DNA of 59,319 nt from Methanobacteriota archaeon (GCA_005878955.1 VBMI01000095.1:1-59319); one strand, 5' to 3'. Numbered from the stretch's first letter, positions 23,152 to 32,041 are shown. Program-made: numbers and translations. Notes: generated by a model from the sequence alone, not told the origin.

Positions 23152-24495
23152 TCACCCGGAGGACACGCCGGGGACGATCCCGAACTTCTGGAACGCGTCC
23201 TGGAGGTTGAACACGAGGTCGCTCTTGATCCGCTTCATCCGTTCGGGCTCTTTCGTGTACGCGAGCAACTGGTACTCGATCGAGCTCCCCGCGACGTCCT
23301 TCCCGTGCACCTCCGGCGGCGGGGTTTCCACGATCCCGCGGGTCTTCCGGGCCGCCTCGAGGAGAACGTCCTGGACCCGGGCGTGGGGCACCGCGAACGG
23401 CACGGACACCTCCACGAACATCGCGTACGCCTCCGAGCGGCTGAAGTTCAGAATCGGCTCCTGGCGGAGCCGGGTGTTCGGAAGGCTGATAAGCTCCCCC
23501 CTCAAGGTCCGGACCTGGGTCATCGTCAGATAGATCCCCGCGACGTCGCACACAAGGTCGTCCCCGATCTTGACGCGGTCGCCGACGTCGAACGGGTCCG
23601 CCATCATGAGGTTCACTCCGGCAATCGCCTCCTGGAAGCTCTGCATCCCGGCGAAGGACGCGACGACCACGAGGGCGATGAAGCCCACCGCGAACACGAG
23701 GAGCCGGGTCGCGTCGAGCACGAGGTTAAGGAGGAGGAACAGCGCCGCGACACCGATCACGAGAACCATCGCGACCCGCATCGCGGACTTGAGCTGGTCG
23801 ATGACCTTCGCGTTGAACTTGACGCTCCGTTTCTTCAGATCCTCGAACAGGGAGCTCGCGACGCGGTCCAGGACGACGAGGAGGACCACCGCCCCGGCGA
23901 GGATCAGCAAGGCCGATGACCACTGCTCGGGCCGAATCAGCCCGGAGAGCGCGTCCTTCACGACCTGGTCCTGAGCCGGGAGGGCCTGCACGCCTCCGAC
24001 GAAGGCGGTCACACCCGCGATCGCGAACACGACGTACTTCAGGGCGAGCTCCGTAGTGACGAGCGCCCGCGGCGGGGCGGGCGACTTCGGCTTGACCCGG
24101 AGTTCGCCTCGGAGATACGCGGCGAAGTTATGCAGGACCCGTACGAAGACGGCCCCGAGGAACAAGGAGAACAGGACGAGGAATGCGGCGGGGACGTGAG
24201 CGATCACCGCCGCGAGGATGTCCCGAGCGGCGCCCGACCGGTACTGCAGAACGATGAGGACGCCGAGGAAGTAGAAAATCACGGCGCACAGGGAGAAGAA
24301 CTTCCGCATGAAGTCGAACGTGTCCCGCGTGAACCACTTGTTCTCCTGGGCCTTCAGGTACTCGAAGTACCGCGTCATGTACGCGAGGAGCCACATCAGG
24401 AGGGCGGTGAGAAGGACGATCGCGAGGACAGGGAGGACCCATTCCACGAAGACAGTGACGACGTCCCCCGCCGTCTCCAGCGCGAGGAACTCCAC
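23152..24495 (-). CDS. MscS-family mechanosensitive channel
   Basis: TM helices are followed by GVNLMMADPFDVGDRVKIGDDLVCDVAGIYLTMTQVRTLRGELISLPNTRLRQEPILNFS, the MscS beta-domain signature. The start codon is GTG. Confidence 0.85.
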   Translation of the reverse strand: MEFLALETAGDVVTVFVEWVLPVLAIVLLTALLMWLLAYMTRYFEYLKAQENKWFTRDTFDFMRKFFSLCAVIFYFLGVLIVLQYRSGAARDILAAVIAHVPAAFLVLFSLFLGAVFVRVLHNFAAYLRGELRVKPKSPAPPRALVTTELALKYVVFAIAGVTAFVGGVQALPAQDQVVKDALSGLIRPEQWSSALLILAGAVVLLVVLDRVASSLFEDLKKRSVKFNAKVIDQLKSAMRVAMVLVIGVAALFLLLNLVLDATRLLVFAVGFIALVVVASFAGMQSFQEAIAGVNLMMADPFDVGDRVKIGDDLVCDVAGIYLTMTQVRTLRGELISLPNTRLRQEPILNFSRSEAYAMFVEVSVPFAVPHARVQDVLLEAARKTRGIVETPPPEVHGKDVAGSSIEYQLLAYTKEPERMKRIKSDLVFNLQDAFQKFGIVPGVSSG

Positions 24496-24515
24496 GGCGC
24501 TCCGAGCAAGGCCGG

Positions 24516-24526
24516 ATTATATAAGG
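24516..24526 (-). promoter_or_regulatory. Candidate TATA box for the MscS gene
   Basis: ATTATATAAGG on the + strand (CCTTATATAAT on the - strand) is centred about 26 nt upstream of the GTG at 24495, implying a leaderless transcript. Confidence 0.45.
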
Positions 24527-24548
24527 TTAAGCGAATGAAAACGAGCAC

Positions 24549-27500
24549 CTACGGCGCGGTCTCGACGACGGCGCCTTTGAGGAACCACACGTCCGGCGTC
24601 TCCGTCCCTGTGTGGAAGAAGGCGTCTGCGACGGGCGCGGGTACCTGCTCGAGATATACGCCGAAGTCCACCCGCCAGGTCCCCGCCTCGGGCCTCCATG
24701 CGTTGAGCAACGCGGGGAGGTTCGGCTGGACGCGGACATCCGCCCGGACCCGGGACGGCACATCCTCGCCGCCCGCGTTCGCCATGAACCGAGGCAGGCC
24801 GACGGTAGCGAACGCCTCGATCCGCACGGAGAAACTGTCGAGCAGGTCTTCGGGGAAGCCCTCGTACTCCACCTCCGCGATCACGACAGGGAACGTGCGC
24901 AGGAACCGGATCAGGTTGTGGATCAGCCACTTCAGGATCTCGACCACCGCGCGGCCGTCCATCACGAAAGCGACTCGGAACCCCGCGCCCGCCGCGTCCG
25001 CCGCGCCGAACACGCCCTCGATGTAGAGGGAGAACTCGCGCAGCTCGACGAGCCCGGAGACGAACAGGTCCGCCAGGTTCATCAGCATCCGGTCCGCGAA
25101 CTCGGCGACGAAGGGGCCGATGTCTTCGGAAGACTCCGGGAACCCGCCCGTCGCGTCCAGCGTCTCGGTGAACGCCCGCGCGAGGAGCAGCGCCCAGTCC
25201 ACCGACGTCCTGAGCCGGTATCGGATCTCGACGCCCAGCTCGATTGTGAGGGTCCCGAGCGGCGTCGGTATGGGCGGGAGCTGGAACCACCACGGGGTGT
25301 ACACGCGCGCCGCGTCGATCGCGGGGACCACGAACTCGAGCGACCATCCGCCTCCGGTCGGGACCGCGCGCACGGTGACGAGCTGCCCGCCCGTGATCGC
25401 GAGGACGTCCCCTTCGAGGGTCAGCGTGACGTCATCCGCGTAATACGTGAACCCGAACTTGAGGTCCACAGGGGCGTTCCGGACCGTGATCGGCTTCCTT
25501 CGGTCGAAGCCCTTGAGGACGAGCACCGCGTAGAACTCGACATCGTCCTTCCACCCCGTGAGCTTCACGCTTGCGGGCGGGGGGCCGGGACCCACGGTCA
25601 GGTTCAGTCCGAGCGTGTCGAACGAGACGTTTCCGTTCCGCGCCTCGTCGACGAGGATCTCGACCACCGGGGCCAGGGGGCCTAATTGGCGGAGCGCATA
25701 CTCCTGGAGGGCGTCCACCGTGACCCGGACCGCCTCGGCGAGGGCCTTTGCGGCCTCCGAATCCATCGCCCGCCGGACCACGTCGAGCAGGATCCCGACG
25801 AACGCATGGACCTCGTCGAGGACGCGATCCACGACCGGGCCAAGAATCCGGTCCCAGAGTTCGCCGAGCAGGGCCCGGACCCGGTCCCAGAATTCCTTCG
25901 CGAAGGTGGTGGAGTCCTTGTACGCGACGCCCGCCAGGGGCCAGCCAGAATACACAGTGACGTTGAGCCGGAAGTCGATCCTCACGTCCTCCCGCGCAAC
26001 CTCCGGCAGAATGCCCTCAGGACCGAAGCGGACCCCGCGCGCGCTCATCGCATCCAAACGCACAAGGCCGAGGACGCGCACATCCCATCGGGTTTCGAAG
26101 GGGCGTTCGGACATCCCCCGGATATCCGTCCAATGGACGTTCGGCGAATTCCGGGACCTCGGCACCGTCGACGGGTCCCTCAGGTCCACCCACAAATCGC
26201 CGGGCTCGAGGGACGCCGGGTCCCACGCGGCGGGGTCCCCGCTGCGCGTCATCCGGAGGAGCGCGGGGGTCTGGTGGACTGCGACCCGCTCCCTCAGGAC
26301 CGCGTTCCGGGCGTCCGCCCCGCTGCGGTTCCCGGTCCAGAACTCGAACGGGGCTTCCGGAGTGGGGACGAGGATCTTCGTATTGTGGAGGTCGTCGCCC
26401 GCCGCGAGCGCGCGTCCGAACGTGCGCAGGAGGTCGCCCGCCTGGATGAGGAACCCCGTGGCCCCGAGCACAGTGTCGAGGAGCGCCTGGTAGATCCCGC
26501 CGCCTTCCGGCGGGGTGGCCGCGTCCGTCGCGACCGCGTAGATGTGCTCCAGTCGCGCCGCGTCCCGATCGCGCACGAGTCGATAGGCGTCGGGCACCCA
26601 CGGCCCGTCTGCGTCGGCTGCAATCTCCTTCTGCAGAGACGCGAGGCCCTCGGTGTCGAGGTCCCAGAAGTCCGGGTCGAGGGGGGCGAGCCCCTCCAAG
26701 TGGATAGCGAGTCGGGACCGCGCCGTCGCCATCTCGCCCTCCCAGTCCGCGAGGACGTTGTAGCTGGCGAGCAAGAAGTCGATGAGGTGCCGCACCGCGT
26801 CCGCCTGGGCCCGCCACAGGTTCGCCACCAGCTCGCCGAGGTACGACGGGTCGCTCCGGAGCCGGGCGACCGCGGTGTCGATCGCGGTCGTGAGGGAGTC
26901 GCGGACGAATTCCAGGAGAGACTCGGAATCCTTCGGGTCGATCCTCCCGCGCAGGCTCGGGTTCGGGATCGCCCCGATCAGGTTCAGGTCCTCGGCCACA
27001 TTCGTCGCGAGGTCCGTCAGGAACTCGCGGGCGGTCGCGTGGACGGTCCTCAGGTCCTCCTTGTACAGCATCGCGTAATACGCCCCCCAGAGGTCGTCGC
27101 GACCCGCCAAGAAGTCGACGGCGTCGAACTCGATCGGAGCCGCGTGGGCGGGCACGCGAATCGACCGCACGGAGCCGTCCGCGTTCGTGGCGTTATACTC
27201 CCGGTCCGGAAGGGGCATCGTGTACGTCCCGAGGAAGGTCGCCGGTTCGGTGGCCATCCCGAACAGGTCACGCACGTAGGCGCGGACCGCCTCGGCCTCC
27301 CGCTTGCCGCCCTCCAACCAGTCGAGGAACTCGTCGACACCCTGCGCGAGGAGCTGCTCTCCCTGGAGGGCGTAGTCCGCGACCCACTCGACCCCGAAGT
27401 ACCGGAGGACCCGCAGGACGGACTGGTCGATCACCGCGGACAGGGCCTGCGCCAGGACCCGGTTCAGCCGCACGGGGTCCGCGTCGAACGCGGCGTACAG

Positions 27501-28478
27501 GGCGAACAGGTCCGCGGGGTCGGCGGTCCCGCCGCGCGCGTATGCGTCCAGGAGGCGTCCGAGCGGGCGATCGGAGACCGGCGGCGTGAGCGGTTCGCCC
27601 GCGTGGGCCCCCGCCATCTCTTCGAAGAACGCGGCGTCGAACGCCGCGACGGAGGCGGGGTCCACGTCCCGGAACCGCCGCAGCTCCTCGAGGAGGAGGG
27701 CGAGGTTCACCGCGACCTCGACGTCGCGCGGGCCGAGGACATCCGTGGTCCCGGTGTCGGGCTCGCCGAAGGCGCCCGCCGCGAACCCCTGGAGGGCCCG
27801 GAACTGCGCGGCTGTGGTCAGGACGTACCGGACGATCCGGGACAGCTCGGACTCCGAGCCGTCCGCGGCCCCGCGGACCTCCCGCGCTCCGACCTGCAGC
27901 ATGGGGAACGGGGAGGCCACCGCCACCCGGAGCGGGAGGCCCGTCGTAAGCGTCATGCCCTCGTTCGTGACGGTGTAGTTCGCAGCACCGAGCACCGCGA
28001 AGTACGGCGTGCGCGTGGTCTCCGCGAGGACGCCGGGGTTGGCAGTGGCGAGGGACTCCGTTGTCCCGTTCGCGTCCGATGCTTCAGCGGGCGGGGTGGG
28101 CACCACGTCGAGGGTCCGGAAGGGCTCGAGGACGAGGACTGCGGAAACTCGGTCGAGCCGAATCAGACACCCGCGAGCCGTGCGGGGGAACGTGGGCTCC
28201 AGCCGCTCCCGGAGCAGGCGAGCGAACTGCCGGTTGATCCCGTCCGGCGCCGGGGGCCCTTCCGCGGCGATCTGGATCGCTTCGAGCGCGAGTGCGTGGA
28301 TCTCGAGCTCGACCGCGTGGTTCGTCGCGATGGCCACGATCCGGAGGACGGCGAGCTGACGCATCTGCAGGTCCGCCTGCGCCTCCTCGCGGCCTATCGT
28401 CGCAAGGTACGCGGAACTCACACCGGCAAGGAGGAGGGCGATGACCGCCACGAGCGAGAACGGCACACGTCCCCCCAC
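24549..28478 (-). CDS. Orphan protein of about 1309 aa with a single N-terminal TM anchor; function unknown
   Basis: Track ORF 24549-29783 is coding-like only below about 28500. Above that it is antisense to tupA/tupB and reads as Arg/Pro junk. Candidate GTG starts lie at 28508, 28478 and 28466, just before PFSLVAVIALLLAGVSSAYL. The rest has consistent acidic/Leu/Ala-rich composition, and I recognise no catalytic motif. Confidence 0.75.
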   Translation of the reverse strand: MGGRVPFSLVAVIALLLAGVSSAYLATIGREEAQADLQMRQLAVLRIVAIATNHAVELEIHALALEAIQIAAEGPPAPDGINRQFARLLRERLEPTFPRTARGCLIRLDRVSAVLVLEPFRTLDVVPTPPAEASDANGTTESLATANPGVLAETTRTPYFAVLGAANYTVTNEGMTLTTGLPLRVAVASPFPMLQVGAREVRGAADGSESELSRIVRYVLTTAAQFRALQGFAAGAFGEPDTGTTDVLGPRDVEVAVNLALLLEELRRFRDVDPASVAAFDAAFFEEMAGAHAGEPLTPPVSDRPLGRLLDAYARGGTADPADLFALYAAFDADPVRLNRVLAQALSAVIDQSVLRVLRYFGVEWVADYALQGEQLLAQGVDEFLDWLEGGKREAEAVRAYVRDLFGMATEPATFLGTYTMPLPDREYNATNADGSVRSIRVPAHAAPIEFDAVDFLAGRDDLWGAYYAMLYKEDLRTVHATAREFLTDLATNVAEDLNLIGAIPNPSLRGRIDPKDSESLLEFVRDSLTTAIDTAVARLRSDPSYLGELVANLWRAQADAVRHLIDFLLASYNVLADWEGEMATARSRLAIHLEGLAPLDPDFWDLDTEGLASLQKEIAADADGPWVPDAYRLVRDRDAARLEHIYAVATDAATPPEGGGIYQALLDTVLGATGFLIQAGDLLRTFGRALAAGDDLHNTKILVPTPEAPFEFWTGNRSGADARNAVLRERVAVHQTPALLRMTRSGDPAAWDPASLEPGDLWVDLRDPSTVPRSRNSPNVHWTDIRGMSERPFETRWDVRVLGLVRLDAMSARGVRFGPEGILPEVAREDVRIDFRLNVTVYSGWPLAGVAYKDSTTFAKEFWDRVRALLGELWDRILGPVVDRVLDEVHAFVGILLDVVRRAMDSEAAKALAEAVRVTVDALQEYALRQLGPLAPVVEILVDEARNGNVSFDTLGLNLTVGPGPPPASVKLTGWKDDVEFYAVLVLKGFDRRKPITVRNAPVDLKFGFTYYADDVTLTLEGDVLAITGGQLVTVRAVPTGGGWSLEFVVPAIDAARVYTPWWFQLPPIPTPLGTLTIELGVEIRYRLRTSVDWALLLARAFTETLDATGGFPESSEDIGPFVAEFADRMLMNLADLFVSGLVELREFSLYIEGVFGAADAAGAGFRVAFVMDGRAVVEILKWLIHNLIRFLRTFPVVIAEVEYEGFPEDLLDSFSVRIEAFATVGLPRFMANAGGEDVPSRVRADVRVQPNLPALLNAWRPEAGTWRVDFGVYLEQVPAPVADAFFHTGTETPDVWFLKGAVVETAP

Positions 28479-28502
28479 AGGTCCGCGGGTTCCGCGCCGG
28501 GC

Positions 28503-29351
28503 ATGCACTTCACGTTCGCTCGGAAGCTCGCAATCGTCCTTGTCGCCGTCGCGGTCGTTCTGGTCGGAGTCACCGCATACCTCTCCCTCCCGCGTGCATA
28601 CCTCCTGATGGCGACCACGACGAGCACCCGAGACACGGGCCTCCTCCCGTACCTCCTTCCGATGTTCACGGCGGACAGGGGAATCGAAGTGCGGTACATC
28701 GCGGTCGGGACCGGGCAGGCCCTCGACGCGGGTCGCCGGGGGGACGTCGACGTGGTCATGGTCCACGCACCCCCCCAGGAGGCGCTGTTCATGGCGTCGC
28801 AGGATGGCCTTTGCCGGAACCCCGTGATGTACAACCGGTTCGTGATCGTCGGCCCGGTCGGCGACCCGGCGGGGGTCGCGACCGCGGCGTCCCCGGTGGA
28901 CGCCTTTGTCCGGATCTACCAGAACACCTCCCTCTTCGAATCCCGGGCCGACAACTCGGGCACGTACACGAAGGAGACGCAGCTCTGGGGCCTCGCCGGC
29001 CTCAACGCCTCGACCTTCGGGGCGTGGTACGAGAAGACGAACCAAGGGATGGGGGCGACCCTCACGATCGCGAACAACAAGGGCGCGTACACGCTGTCCG
29101 ACGACGGCACCTGGTACGCCCTCGAACAGAACCTCGCGTTCCTCCGCCTCCACTACACCCGCGACGACTCCCTCCTTCGCAACCAGTACTCCGTGATACC
29201 CGTGAACCCCGCTCTCCATTCCGGGGTCTTGGTCGACAAGGCCCTCGCGTTCGCCCGATGGCTCGTCACGCCGAGAGGGCAGGGGCTGATCGCGAACTAC
29301 ACCGTCGGCGGGCGCACGATATTCACGCCGGACGGAATGGAGGCGTGCTAA
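28503..29351 (+). CDS. tupA: Tungstate/oxyanion ABC transporter substrate-binding protein (TupA-like)
   Basis: A signal anchor MHFTFARKLAIVLVAVAVVLVG is followed by ATTTSTRDTGLLPYLLPMF...AVGTGQALDAGRRGDVDVVMVHAP. Only the last 282 codons of track ORF 25686-29351 are real. Confidence 0.8.
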   Translation: MHFTFARKLAIVLVAVAVVLVGVTAYLSLPRAYLLMATTTSTRDTGLLPYLLPMFTADRGIEVRYIAVGTGQALDAGRRGDVDVVMVHAPPQEALFMASQDGLCRNPVMYNRFVIVGPVGDPAGVATAASPVDAFVRIYQNTSLFESRADNSGTYTKETQLWGLAGLNASTFGAWYEKTNQGMGATLTIANNKGAYTLSDDGTWYALEQNLAFLRLHYTRDDSLLRNQYSVIPVNPALHSGVLVDKALAFARWLVTPRGQGLIANYTVGGRTIFTPDGMEAC

Positions 29352-29355
29352 GGGG

Positions 29356-30276
29356 ATGGATGGGGACCGGTTCTTGGTTCCGGGCGGACCCGGCCGGAAG
29401 GAGATGCGGACGTCGCTCTTTTTCGTGGCCCTTGGAATTGTACTCGGGTTGGTACTTCCCCTCGACGGGGCGGTCGTATTCGGGACGGTCGTGCTCGGGA
29501 CGGTCGTTCTCATCTGGGTGGCCTTCCTCCTCGCATGGGCGACGACCGGGAGGCGGACCCGGACCCGGTTCCGGCACTCGCCGCTCATGACGATCGCCTT
29601 CCTCCTCGCAGCCACCGCGCGTTTCGTCGTGACGACCGCCGACCTCCTCCAGATCACCCGCCTCTCCCTCCTCGTGTCCGGGACCTCGACCGTCCTCGCT
29701 ACGCTGATTGCCGTCCCGCTCGGCGCGCTCCTCGGCCTGCACGAGTTGGGCAGCGCCCGGCTCCTCCGGAACATCCTGTTCACGCTGTACGGCCTCCCCC
29801 CTGTCCTCGCCGGTCTCCTCGTCTTTCTGGCTCTCTCCCGGGGAGGACCGCTGGGGGGGCTGGGGCTCCTCTACACGCCGCTCGGCATGGTCATCGCCCA
29901 GGTCGTCATCGTCACGCCGATCATCCTCGGGATCACGACCTCCGTCGTCTCCACCGTGGAACGGAGGGTGAAGGAGACCGCGACGGTCCTCGGGGCGGAC
30001 CGGTACCAGCTCTCCGTGACCGTGCTCCGGGAAGCCGCGGCGGGCGTGCTCACCGCGGTGATGGTGGGCTTCGGCCGGGCAATCTCGGAGGTCGGCGCCG
30101 TCTTCATCGTCGGCGGGCACATCGAGGGCCAGACCCAGGTCCTTACGACGACGATCATCACGGACGTGTCCCAGGCGGAATACACCCACGCCGTCGCCCT
30201 CGGCGTGATCCTGCTCGTCATCGCGGGGGTCATCTACTCGCTGCTGTACCGCCTCCAGGAGAGGACCCTTCCGTGA
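29356..30276 (+). CDS. tupB: ABC transporter permease (TupB-like)
   Basis: The permease core is LSLLVSGTSTVLATLIAVPLGALLG...ETATVLGADRYQL (EAA-like loop)...GRAISEVGAVFIVGG. The hydrophobic N-terminal extension makes the start uncertain; alternatives are 29404 and 29587. Confidence 0.75.
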   Translation: MDGDRFLVPGGPGRKEMRTSLFFVALGIVLGLVLPLDGAVVFGTVVLGTVVLIWVAFLLAWATTGRRTRTRFRHSPLMTIAFLLAATARFVVTTADLLQITRLSLLVSGTSTVLATLIAVPLGALLGLHELGSARLLRNILFTLYGLPPVLAGLLVFLALSRGGPLGGLGLLYTPLGMVIAQVVIVTPIILGITTSVVSTVERRVKETATVLGADRYQLSVTVLREAAAGVLTAVMVGFGRAISEVGAVFIVGGHIEGQTQVLTTTIITDVSQAEYTHAVALGVILLVIAGVIYSLLYRLQERTLP

Positions 30277-30278
30277 CG

Positions 30279-30924
30279 ATGGCCCTCGAGGTCGCGGACC
30301 TCCAGAAGTCCTTCGGGCCCCGCGAGGTCCTCCGAGGCATCGACGTCCGCATTGACCCCGGCGAGATCTTCGCGATCGTGGGCCCGAGCGGAGCGGGCAA
30401 GACGACGATTCTGCGGTGCGTGGACTTCCTCCTCCGCCCCGAGGCGGGCACGATCCGATACGACGGACAGCCCGCGCCCACAGATGGGAGGTTACGGCCT
30501 GTGCGTCCGGGACGTGGAGGGCCCGGAGCTCGGGGAGCGGACCGGGCGAGCCCTCGACGCGGTGGGCCTCGGAACGATGGCCGGGGCCCGGGTCTCCGTC
30601 CTTTCCGCGGGGGAGGCGCAGCGGGTCGCGTTCGCCCGGGGCGTCGTCGTGCGGCCGGACCTCCTGCTCCTCGACGAGTTCACGGCGAACCTCGACCCCG
30701 CGAACGTCAACATCCTGGAGGCGTCGGTGCGGAGGTACAACCAGGAGGCGGGCGCGACCGTCGTCCTCGTGACCCACAACATGTTCCAGGCGAAGCGGCT
30801 CGCGAGCCGGGTCGCCCTCCTCCTCGACGGACGAATCGTGGAGGTCGCGGCGGTGCCCGAGTTCTTCGAGAACCCCAAGGACCCGCGCACTCTCGCCTTC
30901 GTCCGCGGCGAGTTCGCGTACTAG
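30279..30924 (+). pseudogene. tupC: ABC transporter ATPase (TupC-like), frameshifted and lacking the Q-loop region
   Basis: Frame A reads MALEVADLQKSFGPREVLRGIDVRIDPGEIFAIVGPSGAGKTTILRCVDFLLRPEAGTIRYDGQP, then turns to junk. Frame B (ORF 30352-30924) resumes at GGYGLCVRDVEG...LSAGEAQRVAFARG...LLLLDEFTANLDP...VTHNMFQAKRLA. About 30 aa between Walker A and the signature motif are missing, which is where the Q-loop normally sits. Confidence 0.7.
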
Positions 30925-31181
30925 AGCAGGGTGACCTCGACGGCCTCGACGCCGCCCACGCCGGGGATCTGACCCAATGCCGCCTCGACGCGCTCCATTT
31001 CGCCGCTCGCGTCGTCGACGACGACGATCGCCTCGACCGCCTTCAAGCCGAAGGCGATCGGCTTCACCTCGAGCTTCTTCACCTTCCCCCCCAGGGATTC
31101 GCGGATAAGCCGCTGCACCGCACCGAGGTCGACCTCGACATCCTCGGGCATGATGCGGAAGGAGACCGCCACCTTCCCCAT
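30921..31181 (-). CDS. ef1b: Translation elongation factor aEF-1 beta
   Basis: 86 aa: MGKVAVSFRIMPEDVEVDLGAVQRLIRESLGGKVKKLEVKPIAFGLKAVEAIVVVDDASGEMERVEAALGQIPGVGGVEAVEVTLL. Confidence 0.9.
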   Translation of the reverse strand: MGKVAVSFRIMPEDVEVDLGAVQRLIRESLGGKVKKLEVKPIAFGLKAVEAIVVVDDASGEMERVEAALGQIPGVGGVEAVEVTLL

Positions 31182-31191
31182 CGAGAACCCC

Positions 31192-31389
31192 CTAGGGCCC
31201 CTGGAGCCCGCACTCGGAACACTTGTACGGGACGCTCTGGTCCCGGCACCGCGCGCAGCGGCCGATCGTGGCCTTCCCGCAGCTGGGGCAGAGGAACGTC
31301 GTGGTCCCGAGCCCATGGAGGACGACCCCGCAGGAGTTGCACCGGCGCTCGACACGGAGCATGGACCTGGGCCCATCGCCGGTCGCCAT
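31192..31389 (-). CDS. Zn-ribbon protein (COG2888-type) that is conserved upstream of aEF-1 beta
   Basis: RRCNSCGVVLHGLGTTTFLCPSCGKATIGRCARCRDQSVPYKCSECG has four CxxC pairs. The start is ATG at 31389, with an alternative at 31362. Confidence 0.7.
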   Translation of the reverse strand: MATGDGPRSMLRVERRCNSCGVVLHGLGTTTFLCPSCGKATIGRCARCRDQSVPYKCSECGLQGP

Positions 31390-31563
31390 ATGAAGGTATG
31401 GCGGCGGACTGGGCCCCGAGAGGGCCCGACGTCGAGCCATCTCGGGCTCCGCGCCGCCCAATCGGACCGCTCGCCCAACCCGCAAACTTTAATTAACACA
31501 TCGATGTAGGCGAGAGGTCGCATGGACCGCCCCACCCCCCTCGGGCCCGTAGCTCAGCTAGGT

Positions 31564-31595
31564 TGGACGGCGGAACAACGCCATCGTCCCTAGAA
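31564..31595 (+). other. tRNA intron 1 (D-loop); boundaries +/- 2 nt
   Basis: It separates D-loop AGCUAGGU from A-GAGC. The intron can pair internally (GGACG...CGUCC) and with flanking exon sequence (CUAGG/CCUAG). Confidence 0.6.
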
Positions 31596-31612
31596 AGAGC
31601 ATCCGGCTTTTA

Positions 31613-31656
31613 ACCAACCCGCCGTCGGGTCCGCCCGAACACGGGGAGGTGAAGAA
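31613..31656 (+). other. tRNA intron 2 (canonical 37/38 position); boundaries +/- 1 nt
   Basis: It lies between CUUUUA and ACCGGA of the anticodon arm. Confidence 0.7.
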
Positions 31657-31678
31657 ACCGGATGGTCCGGGGTTCGAA

Positions 31679-31711
31679 AGCGCCTTGTTGCTCCGCGACA
31701 GGGCCCGAAAA
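31679..31711 (+). other. tRNA intron 3 (T-loop, about 59/60); boundaries +/- 1 nt
   Basis: It lies between CGGGG-UUCGAA and U-CCCCG. Confidence 0.6.
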
Positions 31712-31786
31712 TCCCCGCGGGCCCGTCCGGGGACCCATGCGCCAGCACGGGAGAGCGCTCACGCAGGCCAGGGAGGAGACCCCAGG

Positions 31787-32038
31787 ATGAAATTCAACGT
31801 GCTCCAGCACAGGCTAGTCCCTGAGCACCGCCTCCTGGAGGACGACGAGGCGCAGCGGGTCCTCGCGGGGCTCCGGATCACGAGTGACCAGCTCCCGAAG
31901 ATCAAGAAGACGGACCCCGTCATCCACGTGCTCGAGCAGATCCACGGCCCCATCGAGGAGGGGCGGATCATCAAGATCACACGCATCTCCGAGACCGCCG
32001 GCATCTCGGAGGCGTACCGTCTCGTCGTCGGGAGGTAG
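31787..32038 (+). CDS. rpoH: DNA-directed RNA polymerase subunit H (Rpo5)
   Basis: MKFNVLQHRLVPEHRLLEDDEAQRVLAGLRITSDQLPKIKKTDPVIHVL... A GGAGG lies upstream of the ATG. The gene sits at the head of the rpoB-rpoA operon. Confidence 0.9.
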   Translation: MKFNVLQHRLVPEHRLLEDDEAQRVLAGLRITSDQLPKIKKTDPVIHVLEQIHGPIEEGRIIKITRISETAGISEAYRLVVGR

Positions 32039-32041
32039 ACC

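Larger units (their letters stand above)
31543..31725 (+). tRNA. tRNA-Lys (anticodon UUU) with three introns
   Basis: The exons assemble into GGGCCCG-UA-GCUC-AGCUAGGUA-GAGC-A-UCCGG-CUUUUAA-CCGGA-UGGUC-CGGGG-UUCGAAU-CCCCG-CGGGCCC-G. This is a perfect 74-nt cloverleaf; CCA is not encoded. Confidence 0.85.

Noticed and set aside
20694-23210. 838-aa alternate-frame ORF overlapping the APC-USP permease
   Set aside because: Frame 20800-23148 gives a coherent polytopic permease with USP domains. The alternate frame is Arg/Pro/Gly repeats.
25686-28502. First roughly 940 codons of the 1221-aa plus-strand ORF 25686-29351
   Set aside because: It is antisense to the orphan giant gene. Only the last 282 codons, from the ATG at 28503, form a recognisable TupA-like binding protein.
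28479-29783. N-terminal roughly 435 codons of the 1744-aa track ORF 24549-29783
   Set aside because: This part is antisense to the well-supported tupA and tupB genes and reads as Arg/Pro/Ser-rich junk. Real coding character begins at the hydrophobic helix near 28460-28478.
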